Positions 23,254 to 35,121 of a stretch of 64,000 nt of DNA are shown in pieces. Below the pieces are notes generated by a model that saw nothing but the letters and a program-made list of their open reading frames with translations, searched no databases and was not told where the DNA came from. Each line of letters opens with the position of its first letter. The stretch's first letter is position 1. Location of the stretch: NCBI GenBank assembly GCA_047495785.1, contig JBLDXI010000046.1:558001-622000 (forward strand), read 5' to 3'. A program made the translations under genes and the position numbers. This stretch comes from Lepidodermella squamata. Taxonomy: Eukaryota; Animalia; Gastrotricha.

Positions 23254-25459
23254 ATGGCGGGTCGCCATCCGACGCCGCTGAAAATTGGCCACCTCAACAT
23301 CGTTGCCATCGTAGAGTGGGCAAAAATCGGCGAAGACTGAGTGAGATAACACCTCCTGCCCCATAAGCTGCTGCAGTGTGGCCTAGCAGCGCAAAAGCAG
23401 AAGCAGGCCCCTATGTCCGCAAGTTGTCTGCTCAGCCGGATTTGAAATCGAATGGCGACCCGATCAAAATTCTGGCTGTGATATCAGACGCCAAGTTTCG
23501 TCGGCATCGATCAATGACCCATCGGTAATTATTTCCTCTGTTGTTTTCAGGCTTCTTGAATTTGAAAATTTTCCTTTTGAAATTTCACAAATTGCAAATT
23601 TGAAACAAATCGATATTTCATTTTGTCATCGCTCGGTCGTTTTTAGGACACATTTCAAGAAAGGTGATCACAAATAATTAGCCTTAGAATTAGAATAATT
23701 GGAAGGTTTCGAGAATTTTTCCTTTATAATTTTAGAATCATAGGCATGGCGTTGAACCCCTTTTCTCGTGAGTAGACAGTCTATAGTCTATAATAATATT
23801 AATAATAACGTCGAAAAAATAATCTCGCCGCAATTAAATAATTCAGACCCATGAATATGTTTTTCCGGGTAGATTGGTTTGATCGGTTGACTTTCATTGG
23901 CACAAGTTACCTAAAAATTGATATTCCCATTCAAGTGATGAATTATGATCGACCGATCATAATTTTTCGGCTAACATGAGAGGTCTCAAATTTTACAATG
24001 TCCACAACGTTGAACGAAATTCCGGCTTCTTTGCGAGATATTTATGAAAATTTTCGTATGTGCCTCCACCTTCTCATTACATCGCGAAAAAACCAAGTCA
24101 TTAAAGCTATTTTCTTATTTTCAGATGATTTTTCAAATTGTCGAGTCGATAGGAAAGTGGGACATTCTCGCGCTCAGCACCATGACCAGCGAGCGTAGCC
24201 ATCGTAGTATGCGTCAACACAGCGAGCGTGACAAAGCGACACCAGCGTCGACCACAACCGGCACCACCACCAGCCTTAGCAACTCGAGGCGTGTTAGGCG
24301 GGTAACAAAGATTGCTAATCGAATTGCTAACAGGTTGACGAGTGAACCGGCTCCCATAGCAAGCGTCAAGATACAGTCAGCATGTCCCAGCCATCGGTAA
24401 TAATTTTCTTATTCCTTTTTCATCTGATTGGCAAAAATATCAGCCGATTCCCTTTTTTGATTGATGCATCGAAGAAAATATACTTAATTTTTATTTGACC
24501 GGTAGCAATTGAAAAATAGGGTTTGGGGTATTTTCTATATTTTCCAGCAAATGGCGAAAGGTGTGTTGACTTGAATAAGGACGATTCTAGGATTCCAAGG
24601 TGTTTCTTAAAATTCAATGCCGTGCTATAAACAGGAATAGATGCCTTGAATCGAGGTTCAATTCTTTGACGAAGGTCGCCCTCCGATTTCTTGACTCATT
24701 CAAAGAAATTTCCTTCGCGTTCCAAAATCGGTATTATGATTGGAAGATCAGTGCCTGCCAAATTTCATCAGATAATTTGCACCCTCTTTTCCGCATTAAA
24801 AATGGGGTTACGTCGTCTGATTTCGTAGTTCTCATTACAATTTCAAATTTTTTTACAAAAATATTTGTCCAGCTTTGAAAAGTGTGAAGAGGTACATTTT
24901 TACCGTAACTGCGCATTATTACCACCTATTTCCTATTTTATATCCCTGGCTTTCTATCCATCTATGACCGACCAAAATTCAGTGAAAGACCATTGATTTT
25001 TCTAGGCAAGTTAAAGCTTTTTTATTCACCATGTCTACAAAATTCGGACAAAATTCGGGTTTTTTGCGGGAAAATATGGATCTTTTCGTATGCATCTCGA
25101 ACTTCGGACTTCTCGACAAAAATTGCATCATGAAAAAACCCACGTCATCAAAGCTATTTTCTCTTATTTTCAGATGCCGCATTTCAATTTTTCGAATCGA
25201 TTGGAAAGTGTTACATTCTCGCGCTCAACACAGCGACCAGCGAGCGTGGCCTCCACAGAATGCGCCAGCACGACTACGGCGAGCGTGACAAAACAGCACC
25301 AGGGTCGCCAACCACCGGCGCCACCACCGGCCCAAGCAACCCATGAGAGAGGATCGCGTGTTATTCGGGATGCAGGAATGTCAATTGAATGATTGGTTGA
25401 TGAGGGCGCTGGCTCTATCATACGTCGAGATCTAGTCAACATGCCTCATCGATGAATTG
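23254..25459 (+). repeat. Three degenerate exon-like modules (23254-23524, 24125-24396, 25174-25459)
   Basis: Each starts AG|ATG and ends G|GTAA. 23998-24480 and 25031-25540 are clearly alignable direct repeats including their flanks. Confidence 0.55.
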
Positions 25460-27299
25460 GTAAGAATTTGCTTATTTTTACCTGATGGGCAAAATTATCA
25501 GCCGATTAATTAAATATCATTTGTCATCGAAAAAAATGATCTTTGAGTTACCATTTGCCAAACATTTGCATCGAAAACACTCATAATTTGTCTAATTTCA
25601 GCAGCATGCATGCCCTAAATTTCAGAATTTATTCGTTGATAGCTTTAATGAAAATTCTGCAAAATTCGGTATTTTATTTTTAAAATTCCAGGGTTACTGA
25701 AAAATTTCTCGGACTTTTCTCCGATATATTCCCGTAATTTTCATATAGATTGCCGAATGCCGGCCCGGCATTTTTTGCAGGAACAATCTGATGAATCCAG
25801 TTTAACTTCACTTAAGTTGAATATACCGATAATTCCCGATTAATTCCGATCGAGCTTTAGTCGTGGTTTCCTCGCAGTGAACTTATTTGTTTCCCCGGTA
25901 AATCGGTGAGAATAGGTACTGAAGTCTATTATGCGCCAACATGAGGAAAATGCATTATTCTGAATTTATGAATTGAGAAAAACCGCGGGTAGAGGCACGG
26001 CCTGCCGCTGTCTTAGATAGGAATTCTCACATTTTCACACATTTTTCCGCCGGCCCAAAAATTGTATCTAACCGGTATCAAAAATTCGTGGACGATGGCA
26101 TCCCATTTCGCTGGCTTCGTTACCCATTTTTCAAATGTACCGCCCTCTCAAAAAAAAATATATCCGGTCTAAATCAAGTGAATAGAAAAATCGTTTTTCG
26201 ATCCCTTTGGTAGTAATTTTTCACGTTTTTCCGCCCGCGCAGAAAGTCACGCGCAGAAAGTCAATAAAAACGTCAAATAATCGGAAAGAATTTACGGATG
26301 CCTCGTCACATTTTTTGCTGTCAATTTTACCCAAGTAATATTTTTTCCAATGCTAAATGCTAACTTTCTTGAATGCTGAACGCTTTTGAAAAACGCTCGA
26401 AAAACGCTATGAAATCGCATTGTTTTGTTATGAATTAAGACCGACGCCTGCCCTATGAACACGGTTTTGTCTTCTATTTCGGATTTCACGGCATTTTTTA
26501 CTCATTTCAAGAGATTCCAAAGCAAGTCAGACTAAACATTGGTCCAGTTGCTACTTTCCGGTATAGAGCTAGCCCGTATTTTGGGTATCAAGAATGGGCG
26601 ATGTGTAATTTTCGTCTTGAATTCATCGTATCTCAACCATTACTAATTAGGTCCAAACATTTCCACAACTAAAAATGAAGATCCAGCACTAAATTTTAGC
26701 GTCCTGGCACTAAATTTTTCTGATTCTTTCCGATTTTGGCGTTTTAGGTTTTCGATCGATACTGATGTCTTCCTTGATCCTTGGATTTTTGTATTGAAGC
26801 TACGTAGAAAAATGATCGATGTTAGGTTCCAAGACAGCTGATATCGGGAAAATTACTGATTTCTAAAATCGTTACTTGGAATCGTTAAATTTACTAATTT
26901 CGAAAAGTTTAATTGCGAAGGAATTGCTGTTACGCTCGAGATTCATTCACTTGAAACGATTCGCATAGAAAAAATAAATTCTTCCATTTCTTTGATTTGC
27001 ATATTGCGAATAAATTTCGAATAATTCTGGCAAATTTAAGGGAATGAAAATGTATGGGAATTTCATTTGGAAAAAAATATCTTCTTCAGTTAATCCTCTC
27101 AGGTTCAAAGATGTCCCTCTTGTTTAGTCACCCAATCGACTTCATCGTGTGATCATTTGAGCGTTCTAATTTTTTTCTCCGATCAAATTGCATGTAATTT
27201 TTTTCTGAAACGCTCAAATGATCACACGATGTTTTTCGTATTCTGATATTTTGCCAATCAAATTTTTAATTTATTTCTCATTTTTTCATCGAATTTACA

Positions 27300-28600
27300 A
27301 TTTGATTTGTGTTTCAGCCTTGTCGAAATCTATTTGCGAGTCGATTGTGAGTCGAGAAGCCGCAAATTTCGAGCTAACTCAACAAATTCAACGCAGCCTG
27401 CGCTTCGCTTCGGAACTCTCTCGTCGAATGAAAACATCCGTTCAATATAAAAATTCAGCTTCCTCTGGTGTTTGGTGTTTTTCCAGCTGCCGATATCTAT
27501 TGCAGTGATGGCCGGTCTTATATTTGTATTTGAAGCTTGCTATTGTTCCGTGTTTGCGACCTTGAATACCTGCTTTGATTTAAGATTAGATCTATCATTT
27601 TCACAATTGATTTCAATAACTTGGGTCAACAATTTTCTGCCTGAAAATAAAAAAATTGGAGTGATTTCATCTATACGGTAATGCTTCACCCGCCGTCATG
27701 CCCTACCTGTTTCGCGTGATTGTTCTTCATTTAGGACTGCGTCTTGTCGATTCTTCTTCAGCGAAATTTGTGAACGGGCATGCTTAGCTTATTTCTTGGT
27801 ACTCGAAACTACGGATTCCTCTGTGCGATGATCTATTCCTGTTTTTTGTTGGCAGCATCATTAGATTCATCTACCTGTTCTTAAATTCACTAGAGTTGAT
27901 TAGCAGGGTTTTATTTGGAGTTGATAACAGTCATGAGGTGTCTGTCTGATATTCGTTAAAAAAAATGCGTCTCCTCGTTGCTCAGTTGCTGGCGGCTGGT
28001 CTGATTTCACTTGTTATCTAACACTACTTTGGTTTCGTAATCCCTCGTTCCAACTTGATCAAATTTAGTCTATAATTTTGTGCAGCCAGCTGTCTTGAAG
28101 ATTGTTTTTCACAGTATTGAGTCGTGCGATTTATCCATTAGCCATCACTGTTTCCTCTTTTTTTTTAATACGAAGTACAAAAAGCTTGGTGGGCAGATCA
28201 TTTTTTATTTATGTCACCTACGACTCCTTAGTTCCTGAGTTGAACGATACCTTGCTATGAGATCTTTCGCATTATCGATTAAATTCGCATTATAGATTGT
28301 CGATTCCTTGTTTGCATAGCCAATAAATGGATGTGAACAAAACAGAACTTGTAATCATTTCTTTTTCACCATCTTCAATGATGCAATTCAACTACGAATG
28401 AGTGTGGAAGGGATAATTCGTTTACTCTTCAGCAACAATACCGCAAGTTTCACAGATACTTATAAGATTGAGAAGGCATATTGAGGCGTGCTGAACTTGG
28501 CTGGCTGTTTATACAATCTGAGGATGCTCAGGAGTAGGATCGTACACCTACAACACGGATATATCGGCCGATAACGAACAGGAAACGTACAAGTCCAGCT
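27300..28600 (-). mobile_element. Decayed LINE reverse-transcriptase remnant
   Basis: Frameshifted RT-like residue patterns on the minus strand with many stops; recognised by eye only. Confidence 0.3.
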
Positions 28601-29734
28601 TAACCCACCTCACGTTAGCCACTTGACGCCTCAGCACCAGCAAACGCGAGGCGACGCGAGACTACTTCAGCCGATAAACAATTCCAGTCGCCATAGAAAC
28701 GCGAAATTAAATTATTTTCTTTATGAAATTAATAATAACTTTCATTAATTAATTGATTTACAACAAATAAATTAGAAACAATTGATTTTGCCGCAGAATC
28801 CCGTTCCGCTTGGTTGAAAACGGCCACGCAAAGTTGGCGTCACTATGAGTGAATTGTCTTACGCCGCTGCGCTGCGCTTGCAGCGTGGCGTAATGGGCAG
28901 GTCCCCTTGTCTTGCGTTGTCTTGCGGAAAAAGGAGGTTTATGTTGATGTTTTATATAGAAAAGGTCTAGTAAGAGATGATTGACGTAGAAAAGATGCGT
29001 CAACGAGGCAAAGGCTGACTCTTGCGTAACCGGGAATCAGTTAGAAAATTTATTTTCGCATGCGGCTAATCTGGTTATTAAATAGACCAAATGATAGCAT
29101 ATTAATAAATAATAAAAACTATTTATACTAAATTTAATTTATACTAGTAGATAATCAAAAGTTTTCGCGCCGTATCTTTTTAAAAACATATATGTTCGTT
29201 TGTACCGATTTGTTTTTAGTGTATTCGCGTTGCGTTTTGCGTCCGTAGTTTTGTTCGACGTAAGACACCTTTGGTTCTGTCCTTGAGACGGTAGAGTACT
29301 AGAATATTAGTCTCAGGGTTTTGTCACTGAATGATATAGATATAGAAATGTGTGGAAACATCACCTCGAATGGTTTAAATGGATAATAATTAAAAAGGCC
29401 TTACTCCGTAAGGAGCCGTTAGGGCCTAACCTTTTAGATCTTGACCAGTTTTATCATCATTATCATCCTTTTTATCATTGTTCTTCTTACTGTGTGATGT
29501 CAAAAAGACAAATGTTGCGATTAAATGTGTTTATTAGGTTTTATGAAACGAGCAGCAGTAGTATGCAATCATATGTCAGAGGATCGGATGAAATGAAAAT
29601 CAAATGATGAGAAGTAAACTCAGATGATGATCAGAGAAGGAAAACAGTCAACAGGTGAGTGGATTCAGTCAAATCAGTGAAATGTCGTAAACTGTGTTGC
29701 ATTTCAGATTAGATGTGGCCCGCCGTGATGCAGA

Positions 29735-30439
29735 TCAGACAATCGGTGCGCGTTTAGCGTTGCCGTGGGGGCGATACTGGTCAGCTGGTTCATTGACCAC
29801 GACGATGGCATTACGTTCGCTAACGTTGATCTGGCGGTCCTGAGCGAAGTGGCCCATCACCCCTTTGAATTGAACGACGGTGCCCTCGATCGGCATGCTT
29901 CGTTCGCCGAAGGCCACAACCAGGATGACGCGGTTTCGGCCGGCGATATCGAAACGGTAACGGTTATCGCTCGGCGTCTTGGGGAAGACGTGAGTGATGA
30001 GCCCTTTGACGGCAACCTTCTCGTGGAGGTTGACGTGAGCCACGTCGTCAACAAGAGCGTATTCGTCAACGTGGGCAGCCGTGCATTCCGGGCTGTGTTC
30101 AATGTCGGTGACGTCAGCCCACAACTCGTATTTGTGGCCTGTCTCGCTGTAGCGAGATGCTGCCTGTACGAAGAGATGCAAGGAAAGATGAAACAGATTG
30201 TTTAACATAAAACAGTTAGTTACCGAAATGGTCGGTTCCTGAACTCGAATCGAGCAGCCGTTGAAGAGCGGGGGCAGTCCTGTGCCTTTGATAACGACAC
30301 GGATAGTTCCGGTTTGGTCGTTAAGTACGACAGCCATTTGCGAACCGTCGGCGATCTTCTGCGGGGCTCCCTGCACCACGCCTTGCAGGTAGAAGTTGTA
30401 GTCGCCTTGCCATAGTTCTGCAATTGATTGTCTCTCCAT
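29735..30439 (-). CDS. RPA/SSB-like tandem OB-fold protein of the Helitron; in-frame 60-nt intron 30223-30164
   Basis: OB-fold patterns VLNDQTGTIRVVI and KVAVKGLITHV...ILVVAFG. The AT-rich segment GTAACT...GTACAG is a canonical intron inside GC-richer coding sequence. Confidence 0.7.
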   Translation of the reverse strand: MERQSIAELWQGDYNFYLQGVVQGAPQKIADGSQMAVVLNDQTGTIRVVIKGTGLPPLFNGCSIRVQEPTISVTNCFMLNNLFHLSLHLFVQAASRYSETGHKYELWADVTDIEHSPECTAAHVDEYALVDDVAHVNLHEKVAVKGLITHVFPKTPSDNRYRFDIAGRNRVILVVAFGERSMPIEGTVVQFKGVMGHFAQDRQINVSERNAIVVVNEPADQYRPHGNAKRAPIV

Positions 30440-33400
30440 GGTGAGTTACGAGTTGAAAAACAAACGAAGACTTTAGTTTTGAAAAATCTATTTATCAGTT
30501 AGTCGCAGAGTGCACGAATGGTCCGTGTCTGACTGTTCTCACCCACGGCGGGTAATTAATTATCGATTGGCGGCGAGAAGAAACGGCTGACCCAGCGACC
30601 TGATCGCCTGGTCGCTGACGCTAGTAATATTAGTGGCCGGTAAGTCACAAAATTAAGGAGGCTCTCGATTGATTTATCTGCTAATTATATTTTTATTGAC
30701 TAGTAGTGACAACTGCTCTTCTGACCTCTCGCTAATGACGGGGTTGCTGGTTGCCTATAATGGCACTTTTCGTCGCTAATTACTGGCTTCGTTTTCGTCG
30801 AGTCTGGTTACGACGTCATTCCAGGTGTGTGTGCACGCGTCAATGGGGCGAAGCGAAATCGGCGTTGCGCAACGGCTTACAATAGGTGTGGTTTTTCGCC
30901 CAAGACTACGGCTCTTATCTGCAAGCTGATGATGTGATTGAAAAGAGAGGAGAGGAAATGAAAAAACACTATGTGTGTAATGTATAATACAACATATATA
31001 CTTCGCGACGCTGGTCAAGGAAATTTGTGGCTTGTCTGACTTTATCATCGTTGTAGTGATAAAATGTTGTTGTTCCAGTTTTTCGGGCGAATGTTGTATA
31101 ATGCCCACTAGTCACGTTTATTCCGTGGTGACATATAATTGCTGAGAGATCATAGTTTTTATTTGCTATCGTTATATGATCCGGATAAGTGACAGGCGAT
31201 AGATTTTTCTGGTCATTGATTAACGCCGGTTGTGATTTGCTTGAGCTCTCTTTGTCATGATCAATAACGTGTTGATATTGATCAAAACGGCTGAGATGTA
31301 AAACTACGTTGCTAGATGGTTCCTGAAACAAAATTTCCCGATTATGCATCTTGTTTTCTTTGCAATTGCTGCATTCCTTAACAATTGTAGTGTGACAATA
31401 TTCGTTTATTATTTCTTCTACTGTACACTGGCTGTTGTTTTCGGGTAGGAGCAAATTAACGAGTGACGTACGTTCGAGGCGCTCGGTTTGCGTGTTACAT
31501 ATAGTGCATGAATCGCGGTAACACAAGCTAATGCCAAAGTTATGAAGTAGATCCGGAGTTTCAAGTTCGACTACTTTTAAAAACACTTCTCGGCTATCTT
31601 GTTGTTCGAAATTTTGAAATATATTGGGATGCAGTACGCCCATTGCTGTTTTGAACCGCCCCGCATCCACATTGTCTAGTCGATTGTTTATTTGTTGTAG
31701 TATCGTGAAAAGACTGCTGAAAATATCTCTGACATGGGCGTCATGCTGTGTCTCATTCAACCACGTTAGATGTGCTTGGAGCCATTCTTTGAAACCAATG
31801 CAAACGTCAAATGCTTGCAAACTCGCATTAATATAACATGTGTTTCCGATATTGCGAATTCCTGAGTTGGACGTGTTTGCTGGCTGCATGTGTTTTTCTG
31901 CTGATGTGTGCACATAATTGTTTATACTCTGCGTAAAAGGTGTAGCGTTGCTGATGTTTTGTTTTGTTTGAGGTGCGCGTTTGATATTTTCTCTGTCGTT
32001 TTCACGTGTGTTCGCTGCTGTGATGTTGCTAACGTAATGTCGTATTTCCTCCTCATAGTTCCACGCATCACTATCACAATCATCGTCATCTTCATCGCTG
32101 TCGCTGGTAGTGTTGAACGTTTTCTTATTATTTATCATCTCAACGAAAGAAGTGAATTTGCGTCCGAAATTAGACACCCAATTCGAATTATTGTCCTGCT
32201 GTCTGTCAAAATACGACTGCAAAAGCAATTCTAATTGATTACTCAGCCCTATGAGACGCTCGTCCTCTTTAAGAGTGCTCGATTTTGGCGTGAAAAATGC
32301 GTAATCGTCGTCTGTTAATTTTTGTAGCAAAATAACACCTTTTCGTGTTCTTGCTCTTGACAGCGCTAAATATAAGCTATGCGCATCTACTTTCTTCATG
32401 CTGGACGGACGTGGGTCTGCTATTATAATATACTCAAGCGTGCTGCCTTGGATTGAGTGACACGTTGCACCATATGCAGGTTGTATGGGAAAGTTGTTTA
32501 TAGTATACTTTTTACCGTGTCGATTTAACTTCACTGACCGTGATTCTCTTTTTATCGGCATGACACTCGCGGGCCAAAATCGCGGTAAACCTGGAAATCT
32601 CAACGAATTATTGTTTCCTTCGATGTCTACGAATATATTTATTGGTGGTTTGCTAGGACGCCAAAATACGCCGTCCTGAGTGAACTCAGTGTCTTTTTCC
32701 CATTGAATATATTTTACTGTTCCGCTCGCGCCATTACATACACCTTTACTCACAGCTTGGTTTACTTTAATTTTTACTGGCATACCCTCAAACACATGTA
32801 AAATTGCTGGTATATTCCCTGTTTTATTTTCTGGAAGTTGGAAAATTGATAGCATGTCGGCGACTGAAGCTCCTCGTATAATCGCTGGTATTTTAAATAC
32901 GCGCTGATCTTGGTTTTCTGTTGCTATTTTCTGTAAAGCAGCCATATTAACCATGTGTCGTGTGTTATTATCAGGAGAGACAATAGGCGCATTTCCTACT
33001 AGTTCGTTGAGTTGCGACAAGTCTTGAATGACGCACCCGTCGAGGATGTCTTTTATTACTTGCGTCCATTTTCCTCGTCTACCATTTTTTAGCTCTTCTC
33101 CCCAGACTGGATCGTTTATATACCTGTGTTGTTCTGTTAGATATATAACGTTTTTTATTGACATATATTTTTCATACGCCATTTGTGTAAATTGATCGGC
33201 TTCTTTTGGTGGCTGAAAGAGGAATCGTGATTGAACTGGTTCGAGCTGAAACCAATCACCTAGTATCATTATCTGTATATCTGGCCATTTTTTTGTCTTT
33301 TTTGTTTCCTTTAATGCGTAAAGGGCTTCGATTGCTATTCCGAATGTTTTTTGGTTTTGCATGCTTACCTCGTCGAGTATTAGTCCGTGGATTCCGCGCC

Positions 33401-35121
33401 ATTTGTTAATTAACTCTTCGCTCGGCTGTTTCAGATGATTAGGAATGTCGTTTATCGGTGGTTTCAAAGAAAATGATGAATGTAATGTTTCGCCGCGTAT
33501 AATACTTGCACTGTTGCCTGTAGTTCCCTCATAGCTGACGCAATTAGCTAGGCCCCACATTTTGAAGAAGTGTTGAATTGCCGCATCCTCCTGAACCGAT
33601 AACTAGTAAAGGATCGCATTTCGTGAAAATCTCGGGTAAACACTCAATTTGAATATCAAAAGCTTTTATGAGAACACGGCCGGCGAATAAAATGAAAACA
33701 TAGTGCTGTTTCAAGTTGAGTTTGAAGTATGCGGAAACCTCAGCGAGTGTGGGGTATATTTTATTTCCTATCTCTTCTGTGTAATGTACACTTTCATGTC
33801 GGTTATATGTTATTGCTTCCGTTATGCGTTTCAGGATTATAGCCTGGGTTTGGGGCAACTCAATATTTTTGTATATTTGCCGTGTTTCTGTGCTTTCGCT
33901 CTCTGAAATCGTAGTCATAGCGTTTATTTTCGCCTTATCATTAACCTCCTTCAACTGTTCTCGAGTCACTGGCTTTTTTATTTGTATCTCGTCCGAACCA
34001 TATTCTGCTTCATGTCTTTGTCTGAGATTTGTTTTCAATGTAAAATTTACTAAACTGGAAATTGATTCGTCAATGATATCTGTGTGCATTGTCTCAGCCC
34101 TCTGTAAACAGTCCGACGATTTTTTATAGAAATTTATCAAATTTTCATCGTCAATTGAGATAATTTTATCGCCACTGCTGTAATTCTTGTTTATGATATA
34201 TTCGCTTTCAATGGCCATATCTTTTTCTCGGGCATCTTCTTCTTTTCTGAAATTTGCACTGTCTTCCTGGGCAAAGTAGAATTGTTGGTGATAATTAAGC
34301 TTGTTCTGAATTTCTCTCGATTTTTTCCAATTATTAAACGCCATTTTGGAACTGCCATTTTCGTCTAGAAATTCTGTTTTTGGATCTCGAAAAGCTTTAT
34401 ACAATAGTAGAGCACATCTGTAATATTTCTCGGCGTCACCTTCATGTTCATCTAATTTATCTCGGTTCGGAAATCTTGGGCCGACAATGCGTGGCACTAC
34501 AGTCTGCGCTCTTATGAGAATACGATGTGATTCGTATTGTGGATGATTGGGGTGAAATCTGTAGTGGCTCTTCATTTTTTTCGTAACTTTTTTGTAGGCC
34601 AGGACATACCAATACCAGGGCATGTTTTCTAGCTCTTTTGGTCGATATAAATAATCATATATGGCCGCGTTTCTTTCAAACATACCGTGTTTATTCTGTG
34701 TGATTATGCATGATAAATCTTTATCCTCAAGCATGTTTAAGCCTTGAGTTAAAAGCAAAGAGGCGAATTCATCGGAGAAATAACCACCTTTTCCTGTAAG
34801 TAAAAAGTGGGTAACAAGCGGCGATCCTATTTCCATAACGGAACTCTCATTCATTGACATGGCTATTAAGCGTTTAAGTCCTACTCGATGCACATCAATG
34901 TCGAGATTGTTTTCGTTTTTTATTCGTGTAGATAAGCCAAGAGTAGCTACGTAAGCTGCATCTTTAATATAGAACACCTTCGCAGAATATTTAGCAGCAT
35001 ATATAGCCCTTGATATTGCTGCGTTAGCTACGAGGCAAATATCGATGTTAAAGTCATAGATCAAACGTATCTCTGGGCAATAGTTATTTACCCATGCATT
35101 TCCTAAGGTTCGCCTGGTATA

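Noticed and set aside
29765-30205. Antisense and short ORFs overlapping real genes or repeats (also 31908-32234, 45355-49007, 1017-2642)
   Set aside because: Shadow frames of codon-biased genes or repeat-derived ORFs with no motifs.
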